Shown here: positions 12,201-25,159 of the stretch, piece after piece
Numbering within the stretch: position 1 is the stretch's first letter
Layout: every line of letters begins with the position of its first letter
From: Pristiophorus japonicus
Lineage: Eukaryota
Length of the DNA: 64,000 nt
NCBI RefSeq assembly: GCF_044704955.1
Contig: NC_091997.1
Coordinates: 5,952,001 to 6,016,000 of the forward strand
Reading direction: 5' to 3'
Notes under the pieces: generated by a model
Seen by the model: only the letters and a program-made list of their open reading frames with translations
Told to the model about the DNA's origin: nothing
Database searches by the model: none
Position numbers and translations under genes: made by a program

Positions 12201-13445
12201 AGCCCTTTGAAAGTCCAAATACACCACATCCACTGGTTCTCCCTTGTCCACTCTACTAGTTACATCCACAAAAAATTTTAGAAGGTTTGTCAAGCATGAT
12301 TTCCATGCTGACTTGAACCGATCCTGTCACTGCTTTCCAAATGTGCTGCTATTACATCTTTAATAATTGATTCCAACATTTTACCCACTACCGATGTAAG
12401 GCTAACCAGTCTATAATTCCCTGTTTTCTCTCTCCCTCCTTTTTTAAAAAGTGGGGTTACGTTAGCTACCCTCCAGTCCATAGGAACTGATCCAGAGTCG
12501 AGAGAATGTTGGAAAATGACCACCAATGCATCCACTATTTCTCGGTCAGCAGTTCCCTGCGCACTGCTAGATGACTGCCCCTCAGGGAGCAGCAACGACC
12601 CGGGGCAGAAGGAAAGAACAGGGAGATCACAGGCATCTGTGAACTTGCCCTATGCTAGGAGCAACAGCATAGGCCCAGAGAGCAGGCAACTTGAGCCACC
12701 CGGGCCCCCACTGCCAGCACTGGGCACTGCGCCACCACCAGACTACCTGGACACCATCCAGCAGTTTTGGTACTAGCTTGTCCTCACGCACCGGTGCTGA
12801 CACCAGTACTGAGTCCAACTATGTATCAAGAATGTATCTCACCAGTCAAGTGTACTTGCCTCACAACTGTACCACAAATGTAATGATGTAAATGCAAATT
12901 AATTTTTTTCTGGACTTGAATGTATATGAATGTAACTAGCCACCGGCATAATCTATATGTGGGGCGGGGGTGGAGAGAATGGAATGGTCATGGACTCACA
13001 AACAGAAACCACCAGCACCTCTACTGCCAACGAAACACCACCTACTCACCCAAGATGGAAACGACCCTCCAAGCGTCAATCAGATAGAGCTAAGCCCAGA
13101 GCACAGTCGATGTATGAAGGCGATTTGCAACAAGGACTTAGGCGAGAGTGATGTCATGTATCTAGACATGTGTACTGCTTGTACTATTACATATGATGTG
13201 CCACCGGAGGGCACTACTATGGGAAACTTGTACACCAGCTGTAAGGTCACTAAGGTGTGCCACCAGAGGGCACTTCAGTGGGAGACTTGTAGGTTACCTG
13301 TACAGGTGTGCCTGGCCTAGTATAAAAGGCAGGCCACCATGTGTGATCTTCACTCAGGAGTTATATTAAATGGACGAAGGTCACTACAGTTCAAGTGCAA
13401 TACATTGCCTCATGGAGTCATTATCAGAGCATCCAAAGACATAAT
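9266..13445 (+). mobile_element. Gypsy-type LTR retrotransposon, non-autonomous (gag remnant, no pol), carrying a nested CR1
   Basis: LTRs 9266-9537 and 13152-~13445; PBS TGGCGACGAG 9540-9549; purine tract before the 3' LTR; frameshifted gag from 9571 (WDAFVER; ARHRFYTHRRPEGQ); no TSD found. Confidence 0.85.
11032..12542 (-). mobile_element. 5'-truncated CR1 LINE nested in the Gypsy element
   Basis: [17 protein letters not shown] and CR1 C-terminus; CATAGAAA tail. Confidence 0.93.
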
Positions 13446-14264
13446 TTACAGCAAAAGAAAATGCTGTAGTCTTACATTTGCTCAGGTGCTTTGCTATGGG
13501 AATGTTTTGCTGACCAGTTTTCCGAGATGATGGAGTGATGGCTTTCACATTCCTACAGTCTGGAGGAGATGTTCCATGGACATTGTTTTGTAGCCAGAAA
13601 TTACACGGTTTGATAATGTTTATAAGTCTATCATAATAAATAGTTTGGTAGTTACAGAAAATTCAGCCAAACACTGACTGCCGGACAGACTAACGTTTCA
13701 CCAGATGTGAGCATGAGGATATTTATATTCCAAGGGATACCCCACTCAATGGATGGCCCAGCCCACTGAGTTCCCTATCTCAGGCAGCTTTCAGTGAACC
13801 TAATCCCCGATTGATCCCAAACTATCTCCCAGTGTAATTCTTTGTGCCGTAGCGAGCTTGAAATTTGTTGCTATATCTCTATTCTTGTTTCCTCCATGCC
13901 CGTCCCTAATCCTGAAATTAGTTTTTCATAAATAAGTAAAATTATATCATGATTCCCTTTTGTTATTCAGTATCCTAAAATCCGTTAACAACATAAATGC
14001 ACATTTTCTTAAACAGGTTTCCGATGAGAACTGGTGATGAGGACAATAGTGAACCCCATGGCTGAATAACCTCCTGTTTAAGTCACTCCCTGCTTCTTTA
14101 CTGGGAGGCAAAGATACTGAGAATTCAACTGAGCCATTGTCACAAACTAAGAATTCTGGGAGACAAAAGATCCTCGATTGCATTTATTGTATAAACACAA
14201 AATCATCTGAGGCAGAGCTCCAGGTAGGCCCCTCCCACCTGTGATGTCACTCAGTCAGGACATG

Positions 14265-14390
14265 CCAGAAGTCTCTGGAATTGTGCCACAATGTCATTGG
14301 GTGAAGTCATTCTTTCCTGCTCACCTGACATGAACCCAGCAATCTTCATTGTGGAAGTGTGTGGATTGCTGGGAGTGCAATATATAAGGC
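14265..14390 (+). promoter_or_regulatory. Promoter of HSP30 copy A'
   Basis: TATATAA 14381-14387 in the same GGGAGTGCAATATATAAGGCGGG context as copy B; distal GAAgtCTCtgGAA; proximal HSE degraded. Confidence 0.7.
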
Positions 14391-14482
14391 GGGTGTTCTG
14401 AGTTCTGCAGCAGATCAGAGACTGAAGACTTGGAGTCGACAGGATTCGGGTTTGAGAGAAGTGATACTTAGAACAAACAGCC

Positions 14483-16794
14483 ATGGTGCTGAGCTTTCAG
14501 GCGTCCCAGTCTTCACATGTGAGCCAGCAGCCTGCAGTCACTCTGAGGCTGCTCCCACACAGTGTCTTTGAACAGCTCGAACACAACAGGCCGAAAGCAG
14601 TGGTGGAAGCAAGGAAGACCATGTATTGGCTTCATGAGCTGCTGGCAAAAGGATTGTCGGAGCTAAGATCAAAATATCAGGACAATGGTACTGATGTCAT
14701 AGAAACATAGAAACATAGAAAATAGGTGCAGGAGTAGGCCATTCAGCCCTTCGAGCCTGCACCGCCATTCAATGAGTTCATGGCTGAACATGCAACTTCA
14801 GTACCCCATTCCTGCTTTCTCGCCATACCCCTTGATCCCCCTAGTAGTAAGGACTACATCTAACTCCTTTTTGAATATATTTAGTGAATTGGCCTCAACA
14901 ACTTTCTGTGGTAGAGAATTCCACAGGTTCACTACTCTCTGGGTGAAGAAGTTTCTCCTCATCTCGGTCCTAAATGGCTTACCCCTTATCCTTAGACTGT
15001 GACCCCTGGTTCTGGACTTCCCCAACATTGGGAACATTCTTCCTGCATCTAACCTGTCGATACCCATCAGAATTTTAAACGTTTCTATGAGATCCCCTCT
15101 CATTCTTCTGAACTCCAGTGAATACAAGCCCAGTTGATCCAGTCTTTCTTGATATGTCAGTCCCGCCATCCCGGGAATCAGTCTGGTGAACCTTCGCTGC
15201 ACTCCCTCAATAGCAAGACTGTCCTTCCTCAAGTTAGGAGACCAAAACTGTACACAATACTCCAGGTGTGGCCTCACCAAGGCCCTGTACAACTGTAGTA
15301 ACACCTCCCTGCCCCTGTACTCAAATCCCCTCGCTATGAAGGCCAACATGCCATTTGCTTTCTTAACCGCCTGCTGTACCTGCATGCCAACCTTCAATGA
15401 CTGATGTACCATGACACCCAGGTCTCGTTGCACCTCCCCTTTTCCTAATCTGTCACCATTCAGATAATAGTCTGTCTCTCTGTTTTTACCACCAAAGTGG
15501 ATAACCTCACATTTATCCACATTATACTTCATCTACCATACATTTGCCCACTCACCTAACCTAGCCAAGTCACTCTGCAGCCTAATAGCATCCTCCTCGC
15601 AGCTCACACTGCCACCCAACTTAGTATCATCCGCAAATTTGGAGATACATTTAATCCCCTCGTCTAAATCATTAATGTACAATGTAAACAGCTGGGGCCC
15701 CAGCACAGAACCTTGCGGTACCCCACTAGTCACTGCCTGCCATTCTGAATAGTACCCATTTACTCCTACTCTTTGCTTCCTGTCTGCCAACCAGTTCTCA
15801 ATCCACGTCAACACGCTACCCCCAATCCCATGTGCATTAATCTCTTGTGTGGGACCTTGTCGAAAGCCTTCTGAAAGTCCAAATATACCACATCAGCTGG
15901 TTCTCCCTTGTCCACTCTACTGGAAACATCCTCAAAAAATTCCACAAGATTTGTCAAGCATGATTTGCCTTTCACAAATCCATGCTGACTTGGACCTATC
16001 ATGTCACCTCTTTCCAAATGTGCTGCTATGACATCCTTAATAATTGATTCCATCATTTTACCCACTACTGATGTCAGGCTGACCGGTCTATAATTCCCTG
16101 TTTTCTCTCCCTCCTTTTTTAAAAAGTGGGGTTACATTGGCTACCCTCCACTCCATAGGAACTAATCCAGAGTCTATGGAATGTTGGAAAATGACTGTCA
16201 ATGCATCCGCTATTTCCAAGGTCAACTCCTTAAGTACTCTGGGATGCAGTCCATCAGGCCCTGGGGATTTATCGTCCTTCAATCCCAACAATTTCGCAAC
16301 ACAATTTCCCGACTAATAAGGATTGCTTTCAGTTCCTCCTTATGAAGACGGTCAATGAAGACGGTAAAAGCCAATCAGAGGGCAAGGATGGAGATGGCTT
16401 TTCTCTGTCCCTGGATGTCCAGCGGCTCTCCCCAGAAGAACTGAAGGTGAAAGTATTTGGAAGAAAAGTGCTGGTGACAGGAAAACACGAGAAGAAAAGT
16501 GATGATGGGAGCGGCTCTTACAGCTACAAATATGAAGAGTTCAGGAGAGAATTTCAGCTGCCAGAAGATGTCGATGCTCAAGCTCTTAACTGCTGTTTGT
16601 CACAGGACGGTCGGTTAAAGGTTCAAGCCCCACGCCTGGCACTGCCAGCTGTGAATGGACGAACCGTCCCCATCAACATCACCTCTGATACAACAACCGC
16701 TCCCCGGCTAAACCCAGGCAAAGAGGCACAGAAACAGGACGGTGGAAAGGATGAGGGGAACAAGGAAGAGGCGGAAGGAAAAAAGGACATTTAA
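14483..16794 (+). pseudogene. HSP30-like copy A', interrupted by an antisense CR1
   Basis: 5' part 14483-14698 (MVLSFQ...KYQDNGTDV) joins in frame to 16354-16794 (NEDGK...KKDI) to rebuild a 218-aa sHSP; AATAAA at 16978-16983. Confidence 0.9.
14700..16341 (-). mobile_element. 5'-truncated CR1 LINE inserted in copy A'
   Basis: (CATAGAAA)3 tail, RT ORF pieces 14798-16291; GTCA duplicated at 14696-14699 and 16351-16354. Confidence 0.95.
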
Positions 16795-19700
16795 GACTCA
16801 TTTACATTAATATTTTCTCATATATAAGAAACAATATATGCAGAAATTAGTTTAAGACAATGATATGAAGTCACAATGCTAAACATTAATTCTTGTTTTT
16901 ATCTTGTATTTCTGAAATTGTTCACTATGCCATTATTCACATTAGACGGTATTATAATTATATATGTGTATTGAGCCAATAAATATTTTGGAACAGTGAT
17001 GTCCATGATTCACCTTGTTAACTTGTTAAATAGATAATATTACACAATTCAAAAACTAGCCACTTACTTCCTTTCACTCTCAGTAAAGGCACTCATTTGA
17101 ATTTGGCTTAACTTAGAAACAGAAACAGGATTCAAAAAGTTAGTATGCAGATAGAGCAAGTAATCGGGAAGGCAAATGGAATGTTGGTCTTTATTGCAAG
17201 GGGGATAGAGTATAAAAGCAGAGAAGTCCTGCTACAACTGTACAGGGTATTGGTGAGACCACACCTGGAGTACTGCGTACAGTTTTGGTCTCCGTATTTA
17301 AGGAAGGATATACTTGCATTGGAGGCTGTTCAGGGAAGGTTCAGTCGGTTGATTCCGGGGATGAGGGGGTTGACTTTTGAAGCTAGGTTGAGTAGGTTGG
17401 GCTTATACTCATTGCAGTTTAGAAGAATGAGAGATGATCTTCTCGAAACATATCAGATAATGATGGGGCCCGACAAGGTGGATACAGAGAGGGTATTTCC
17501 ACTCATAGGGGAAACTAAAACTAGGGACATAGTCTCAGAATAAAGGGCCGCTCATTTCAAACTGAGATGAGAAGGAATTTCTTCTCAGAGGGTTGTAAAT
17601 CTATGGAATTCTCTGCCCAGAGAGGTGTTGAGGCTGTGTCATTGAATATATTTGAGGCTGAGATAGACAGATTTTTGAGTGATAAGGGAATAAAGGGTTA
17701 TGGGGAGCGGGCAGGGAAGTGGAGCTGAGTCCATGATCAGATCAGCCATGATCTTATTAAATGGCAGAGCAGGCTCAAGGGGCCAGATGGCCTACTCCTG
17801 CTCCTATTTCTCATGTTCTTATATGTAAAGATCTGCCTCAGACTGAACTCAGTCCAGTAAAACGTGTGAAAACATTGAACAGACCCACTGCACCAATAGC
17901 TGAGTACATCTCTGTGCCCAGAGACATTCCCTGCAGCCTCACAATGACCAGCAATAACAGCCCGTCTTCCAACACAGGCACCAGACGGCCCACCATTCAT
18001 TTAGTGCATGGTCGTAACCCTTTCATTGGCGTTATCTGCTCAATATAAATAACTGGGAGGAAAAGCAAAGTTACTTGCTGTGTAAGCATGTTTCTTAAAG
18101 TTTAAGTTAAATAGTATTACCAATCCTTCACCCTTCAACCCTCTATCTTTAAGTATCAATGAGATCATAAAACCATGCAATAGTACAGCACAGAAGGACA
18201 TTTGGCCCATCGTGTCTGTGCTGTCTCTTTTGAAGAGTAATCTAGTTAGTCCCATTCTTGCTCTTTCCCCATATCCCTGCTGTTGTATATGGAGAAAGAG
18301 TCAGACTGAACACTGTGAGCTCAAAGTAAAGTGTTACCTTCATCTTTTACTGCAGGTCTCCAGAGTGCCTCTCCAACCTGTGAAGCCTCCTTAAATACCT
18401 GTGCTCCCAAGGGATTATGGGATCCCTTGGGACTCCAGGAGATGAGCCCTCTGGTGGCTGTACAGAGTAAATACAAGTTTACCTAGAAACACCTGCAATT
18501 TTACCTCCTTCAAATATTTATCCCATTCCCTTTTGAAGGCTACGACTGAATCTCTCTCCATCAGCCTATCAGGCAGTGCGACCCAAATCCTAACCACGCG
18601 TCGAGTTAAAACGGTTTTTCCTCACGTTGCCTCTTGTTCTTTTGATAATTTCCTTAAATCTGTGCCCTCTCCTGATCGACCCTGTGTAATAATTCTCGCA
18701 GTGTCAGTCAGCGGTGAGATTGCTTCAGTAAATTTACTGTTACAGCAACAGACAAACTGCTCGTGTTTAGGCTGCTGCAGGACAGCTGGAAACATCAGTA
18801 ACCGTATCACAGCTCCCAGAGTACACATGAGCAATGCCACAGGAGATCGAGTAGTAAAGTATTAAATGGTGTACAATCTGTAAACTCAGAATATGAACTT
18901 AAGTCAACCCTGGAATATATTTAATTGTTACACTAGCCAAACACAGCAAGGAATAAAGATTCATGTTGCAGTCCATAGGAGACGGGTGTGTGTATGGATA
19001 CAGTCAACGAACCAGTTACCAAGTTATGGTGTTGGGAGTGGGGTTACCAACTCTCCTTGCAGTCATTCCTGGAGATTTGATCATGTCACATTCTGATCAC
19101 ATGACATCTGAGCATGTGATGCCGGATCATGTGTCATCTGATCACATGATCCAATGTCTATCCCATTCACTTTGAAATGTAGTTTTAGTCACTACCTCAA
19201 TAGCCACATGTGGTGAAGGATCCCACGGCCCAATAGCCGTCAGTTGAAGAAGCTCCCTCCTCCCTTCCACCTTGTTTCTTTCAGTGCGAACTTTTGGTTT
19301 CCGTTCCTAAATTCCCCATTTGCCTACCAGTGTAATCAACCTCTCACTATTTACCTACAGTGAAGTCTCCAGGTTTCACGCAGCCCTTTATTGGCTGCTG
19401 CTCTCTCAATGCCGCTCGCACTCATCACCTTGCTGCTGTTGCTCCCGCTCTGCGGCAAATGCTGGTCCCCACCTGCCATGTATAATGGGGAACAAAGAAA
19501 TGGCAGACTAGTTGAACAAATACTTAGGTTCTGTTTTCACGAAGGAAGACACAAATAACCTTCTGGAAGCATTAGGGGACCGAGGGTCTAGTGAGAAGCA
19601 GGAACAGAAGGATAACCTTATTATGCGGGAAATTGTGTTCGGGAAATTGATGGGATTGAAGGCCAATAAATCCCCGGGGGCCTGATAGTCTGCATCCCAG

Positions 19701-21498
19701 GCTATTTAAGGAAGTGGCTCGAGAAATATTGGATGCATTGGTGATCCTTTTCTAACAGTCTATTGACTCTGGATCTGTTCCTATAGACTGGAGGGTAGCT
19801 AATGTAACACCACTTTTTAAAAAAGGAGGGTGAGAGAAAACAAGTAATTATAGGCCTGTTACCCTGACATCAGTAGTGGGGAAAATGTTGGAATCAGTTA
19901 TTAAAGATGAAATAACAGCACATTTGAAAAGCAGTGACAGGATCGGTCCAAGTCAACATGGATTTATGAAAGGGAAATCAGCTTGACAAATCATCTGGAA
20001 TTTTTTGAGGATGTAACTAGTAGAGTGGACAAGGGAGAACCAGTGAATGTGGTGTATTTGGATTTTCAGAAGGCTTTTGACAAGGTCCCACACAAGGGAT
20101 TGGTGTGCAAAATTAAAGCACATGGTATTGGGGTAATATACTGACGTGGATAGAGAACTGGTTGGCAGACAGGAAGCAGAGAGTCGGGATAAATGGATCT
20201 TTTTCAGAATGGCAGGCAGTGACTAGTGGGGTGTCGCAGGGCTCAGTGCTGGGAACTCAGCTATTTACAATCTACATTAATGATTTGGATAAAGAAATTG
20301 AGTGTGATATCTTAAAGTTTGCAGATGACACTAAGCTGGGTGGCGGTGTGAGCTGTGAGGAGGACGCTAAGAGGCTGCAGGGTGACTTGGACAGGTTAGG
20401 TGAGTGGGCAAATGCATGGCAGATGCGGTATAATGTGGATAAATGTGAGGTTATCCACTTCGGGGGCAAAAACACAAAGGCAGAAATTATCTGACTGGCG
20501 GCAGATTAGGAAAAGGGGAGATGCACCGAGACCTGGGTGTCATGGTACATCAGTCATTGAAAGTTGGCATGCAGGTACAGCAAGCGGTGAAGAAGGCAAA
20601 TGGTATGTTGGCCTTCATAGCTAGGGGATTTGAGTATAGGAGCAGGGAGGTCTTACTGCAGTTGTACAGGGCCTTGGTGAGGCCTCACCTGGAATATTGT
20701 GTTCAGTTTTGGTCTCCTAATCTGAGGAAGGATGTTCTTGCTATTGAGGGAGTGCAGCGAAGATTCACCAGACTGATTCCTGGGTTGGCTGGACTGATAT
20801 ATGAGGAGAGACTGGATCGACTGGTCCTGTATTCACTGGAGTTTAGAAGGTTGAGAGGGGATCTCATAGAAACATATGAAATTCTGACGGGACTGGACAG
20901 GTTAGATGCAGGAAGAATGTTCCCGATGTTGGGGAAGTCCAGAACCAGGGGACACAGTCGAAGGATAAGTGGTAAGCCATTTAGGACTGAGATGAGGATA
21001 AACTTCTTCACTCAGAGAGTTGTTAACCTTTGGAATTCCTGCCACAGAGAGTTGTTGAGGCCAGTTCGTTAGATGTATTCAAGAGGGAGTTAGATATGGC
21101 CCTTACGGCTAAAGAGATCAAGGGGTATGGAGAGAAAGCAGGAAAGGTGTACTGAGGTGAATGATCAGCCATGATCTTATTGAATGGTGGTGCAGGCTCG
21201 AAGGGCCGAATGGCCTACTCCTGCACCTATTTTCTATGTTTCTATATTTCTGTGTATGTAAATTCTTTGTACTCACTATGTAACTATGTACGATGTACCA
21301 TTGAGGGTGCTGCTGTTGGAGGCACCAGGGGTTTCCTGCCTTGGTGTGCAGGGGCAGAGACAAGGCAGCCAGCCATGCTGCCCCTCACTTTGGAGTCAGA
21401 TAAAATGAACTGAAGTCACACAGCTCTCACGGTACAAGGCCTCGTGGAGTTATTCGATGGTAATTGCAGACATAATCTGACCATCACTCCACTCGCAC

Positions 21499-21816
21499 CT
21501 GAGCCAGAAGGAGTTGGGTTCAAGCCCCAGTCTATCGGACTCAGCACATGATTTAGGCTGACACTTCAGTGAGGGAATGCTGCACTGTAGGAGGTGCCAT
21601 CTTTCAGATGGGACATTAAACTCAAGCCCCATCTGCCCTCTTGGGTGGAAATAAAAGATCCCATTACACTATTCAAAGAACAACTGCAGAATTCTCACAG
21701 ATTCCTGGGCAACATTGGCCCCTCAACCAAACCCAACAAAAACAGATTATCTGCTCATTTCTCACATTGTGTGTGTGAGACTCTGCTCGTTGTAACATGT
21801 GCTGCTGCATGTGGCT
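21499..21816 (+). mobile_element. DeuSINE copy truncated at a duplication breakpoint
   Basis: Matches 5947-6265, then homology stops abruptly. Confidence 0.75.
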
Positions 21817-22579
21817 TGAAAACCCTTTGCACTAGACTGGGGCTTGAACCCAACTCCTTCTGGCTCAGGGGCGGGTGCTTCAACCAAGACTGCCACCTAA
21901 TTTAGGTAATAAACTTGTTCGGCATTGGACAGAACTAAAAGCATGAATATAATTGAGTTTATTGATAAAACATTGCAATGTTTTAAGTATCTAGTGAATT
22001 GTGATATTAAATGAACAGCAATGGTGGCCCTACAATTAATGTGGTTGTAACACTCCCAACTCGGCTTCCCAACCTTCCTGGAATGACCAGGAGTTTCCAG
22101 GAATCGGGTATTCCTCTCCCAAGCGCTGCTTCTATTGCTACTTGTCATCAGTGAATCCAATTATTTTCATGCTGTCAGTTTTATCCCTTGCCGACACACA
22201 TGTGAGGTGCTGTGAGTAGTTACCGACTGTTAGCCTGGAGATGGGAGTCAGAATGATCTTAAACCGTGTTAATTTTAATGAGAATCATTTGCCGGCGTTC
22301 CATGGAGCTTGTCACTGGGTGCTGCTCAGTGCCAGCTCAGGCAGAGATTCCCAACTGGCCGGGGAGAGTCGGGAATTGAGAGTGGGGGTAAAAACATACA
22401 GAAAGGGGAATGGGGGCTCAGGGAAAGAGAAGGAGAATGGGGAATGGGTGATCGGGGAGAGTGATCAAGACAGGGGAATGGGGTTTGGGGGATAGAAAGG
22501 GAGAGTGGGGTGGGGATGGGACCAGCATTTGCCACAGAGTGGGAGCAACAGCAGCAAGGTGGTGAGTGCAAGCAGCGAG

Positions 22580-23258
22580 TGGCACCAAGCTTATGGTCTA
22601 CAGGGCTGTAGTGATACCCACCCTCCTGTGTGGCTCGGAGACATGGACCATATACAGTAGACACCTGAAGTCACTGGAGAAATACCACCAACGATGTCTC
22701 CGCAAGATCTTGCAAATCCCCTGGGAGGATAGACGCACCAACGTCAGTGTTCTCGATCAGGATAACATCTCTAGCATCGAAGCACTGACCACACGCGACC
22801 AGCTCCGTTGGGTGGGCCACATTGTTCGCATGCCTGAAACAAGACTCCCAAAGCAAGTGCTCTATTCGGAACTCCTACACAGCAAGCAAGCCCCAGGTGG
22901 GCAGAGGAAACATTTCAAGGTCACCCTCAAAGCCTCCCTGATAAAGTGCGACATCCCCACTGACATCTGGGAGACCCTGGCCAAAGTGGTGGAAGAGCAT
23001 CCAGGAGGGAACATCGCCGAGAACATGCAGGAGGGAACATCGCCGAGAACATGCAGAAAACAAGCGCAGGCAGCGGAAGGAGCGTGCAGCAAACCAGACT
23101 CCCCACCCACCCTTTCCTCCTCCGATTGTCTGTCCCACCTGCGACAGAGACTGTGATTCCCACCTTGGACTCCTCAGTCACCTGAGAACTCACTTTTAGA
23201 GTGAAAGCAAGGCTTCCTCGATTTCAAGGGACTGCCTCTGATGATGATAATGATGATG
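22580..23258 (+). mobile_element. RTE-clade LINE 3' fragment
   Basis: ORF 22566-23156: YRAVVIPTLLCGSETW...LRWVGHIVRMPETRLPKQVLYSEL; (ATG)n tail. Confidence 0.88.
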
Positions 23259-23860
23259 TACTTGCGCTGTGAAGAAAGTGATACGGGGCTGTGGAGAGCC
23301 ACCGAGTAGATCACTGAGAACCTGACCACCGTTGGTATTAGCTACACGTGGGTTTTTGCTTAAAATTGCTTGAATGTAAAGTAGATAAACTGTTAGCCAT
23401 ACTATTACTGTTACTTGTACCAGTGTTATTGTTCTTTAGTTAGGATTACCCCGTGAGGATAAACATTATATCCGTCTCTTTTGAATTGTCGGTTCCACAA
23501 GACTGAACTCTGTAAACTGAAGATAAGTCTCACACAAATTAATCAAATTACAAGGGAATTAATGGCCCTCTATTGGGCAGAATCAGAACACCACTTAATT
23601 TAAACCAAACTGATCTGAATTTCATTCTTTCTGATCACTCTGCTCTGCTGTGGTTAAATGTCACTTTAATATCTTGAACATGACTGAAAATAGCAAGCTA
23701 GAAAGTCACTGACCGACTCTTCATTATCTCACAATGTTAGTTGATCGTTCACTAAGTTGAACACATCCACTTCTCAGCAAACACCCCTTTACCACACAGT
23801 CTGCCTTGTACTGGGCTGTCAATCATTTGCCCCTCCCACCTGTGCTGTCACTGGGTGAGT

Positions 23861-24031
23861 ACATTCCACAAGTCTCTGGAATTGCACCAGTGGGTGTCAC
23901 TGAATCCCAGTCATTCTTGTTTAAAGCAAGGCTGAGATGAGACCTCGGTTATTTTCTGCTCACGTGTCATAACCCCAGCAATGTTGAGCTAATTCTGGAA
24001 GTGTCTGGAGTTCTGGGAGTGCAATATATAA
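23861..24031 (+). promoter_or_regulatory. Heat-shock promoter of copy B'
   Basis: Distal HSE-like 23863-23882, E-box CACGTG 23961-23966, proximal HSE ~23992-24014, TATATAA 24025-24031. Confidence 0.8.
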
Positions 24032-24125
24032 GGCGGGTGTTCTGAGTGCTGTAGCAGATCAGAGACTGAAGACCGGGAGTTCACATCAGTCGTGTTTGTG
24101 AGAAGTGATAGAAGAGGCAGAGACA

Positions 24126-24788
24126 ATGCTGAGCTGTCGGGCTGTCCACCCTTCACGTCTGTGCCAGCAGCCTGTGTGCACATTGTGGCCTGTCCCACAC
24201 ACAGTCTTTGAGACGTTTGAATGCAACAGGTGGGAACAGGAGGAAGAAGTGAGAAACAGCATGAACTTCATGAACCGAGTTCTTGGGGAGCTGGCCAAAG
24301 AATTCTGGGAGGGAAGACCAAAATATCAGGAAACCAGACCTGATGACAATGAAGACGGTAAAAGCCAATCAGAGGGCAAGGATGGAGATGGCTTTTCTCT
24401 GTCCCTGGATGTCCAGCAGTTCTCCCCAGAAGAACTGAAGGTGAAAGTACTTGGAAGAAAAGTGCTGGTGACAGGAAAACACGAGAAGAAAAGTGATGAT
24501 GGGAGCGGCTCTTACAGCTACAAATATGAAGAGTTCAGGAGAGAATTGCAGCTGCCAGAAGATGTCGATGCTCAAGCTCTTAACTGCTGTTTGTCACAGG
24601 ACGGTCGGTTAAAGGTTCAAGCCCCACGCCTGGCACTGCCAGCTGTGAATGGACGAACCGTCCCCATCAACATCACCTCTGATACAACAACCGCTCCCCG
24701 ACTAAACCCAGGCAAAGAGGCACAGAAACAGGACAGGGGCCTGGTTGTTGAGAACAAGACACAGGCTGAAAGGAATGAGGACTGTTGA
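24126..24788 (+). CDS. Intact intronless HSP30/HSPB9-like protein, copy B' (220 aa)
   Basis: ATG at 24126, full ACD, near-identical to copy B. Confidence 0.9.
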   Translation: MLSCRAVHPSRLCQQPVCTLWPVPHTVFETFECNRWEQEEEVRNSMNFMNRVLGELAKEFWEGRPKYQETRPDDNEDGKSQSEGKDGDGFSLSLDVQQFSPEELKVKVLGRKVLVTGKHEKKSDDGSGSYSYKYEEFRRELQLPEDVDAQALNCCLSQDGRLKVQAPRLALPAVNGRTVPINITSDTTTAPRLNPGKEAQKQDRGLVVENKTQAERNEDC

Positions 24789-25159
24789 TACTCATTTACA
24801 GTGAACTTGTGCCGCACATCACAGAGAAATTTTATACTGGGGAAATGAGATTCAAGTGAATTTGTGTAAAACTGAGAAAGTGATTCATTCTGTTCTTTCT
24901 GTATGTCTGAAAAATGCTTTCTGTTAACGATATCTTTTCTTGATTACGAGCGTTATATTTTAAGTTGCATATTGTGGGACTAAAGTACAAATCTCTGAAT
25001 GGAATCCATCTATGCTGTATGATTCTATATTCATGAGAATTTTATTATATTTTTGTTGTATTTGCGAATCTCATAACAAAATATATAATTTCTTTCTAAA
25101 CTCATCGCAGCTTTATTTTCCACGAATTTATGTTTAAAAATATATTATTTCTGTATAAA

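Noticed and set aside
14688-16332. CR1 spliced out via G|GTACTG to restore full-length A'
   Set aside because: That splice gives a shifted frame with an immediate TGA
15552-21816. Pure assembly duplication artefact
   Set aside because: Copies differ by many substitutions and reciprocal indels and have different right flanks; an uncollapsed haplotype is not fully excluded without read depth
24105-24125. MIEEAET N-terminal extension from the ORF track
   Set aside because: Starts at GTG; the first ATG is at 24126 (7406 and 28733 in the other copies)
24441-24517. Deletion in copy C as loss of a cryptic GT...AG intron
   Set aside because: The GT..AG span is 77 nt, whereas the deletion is 69 nt and retains both GTG and TACAG
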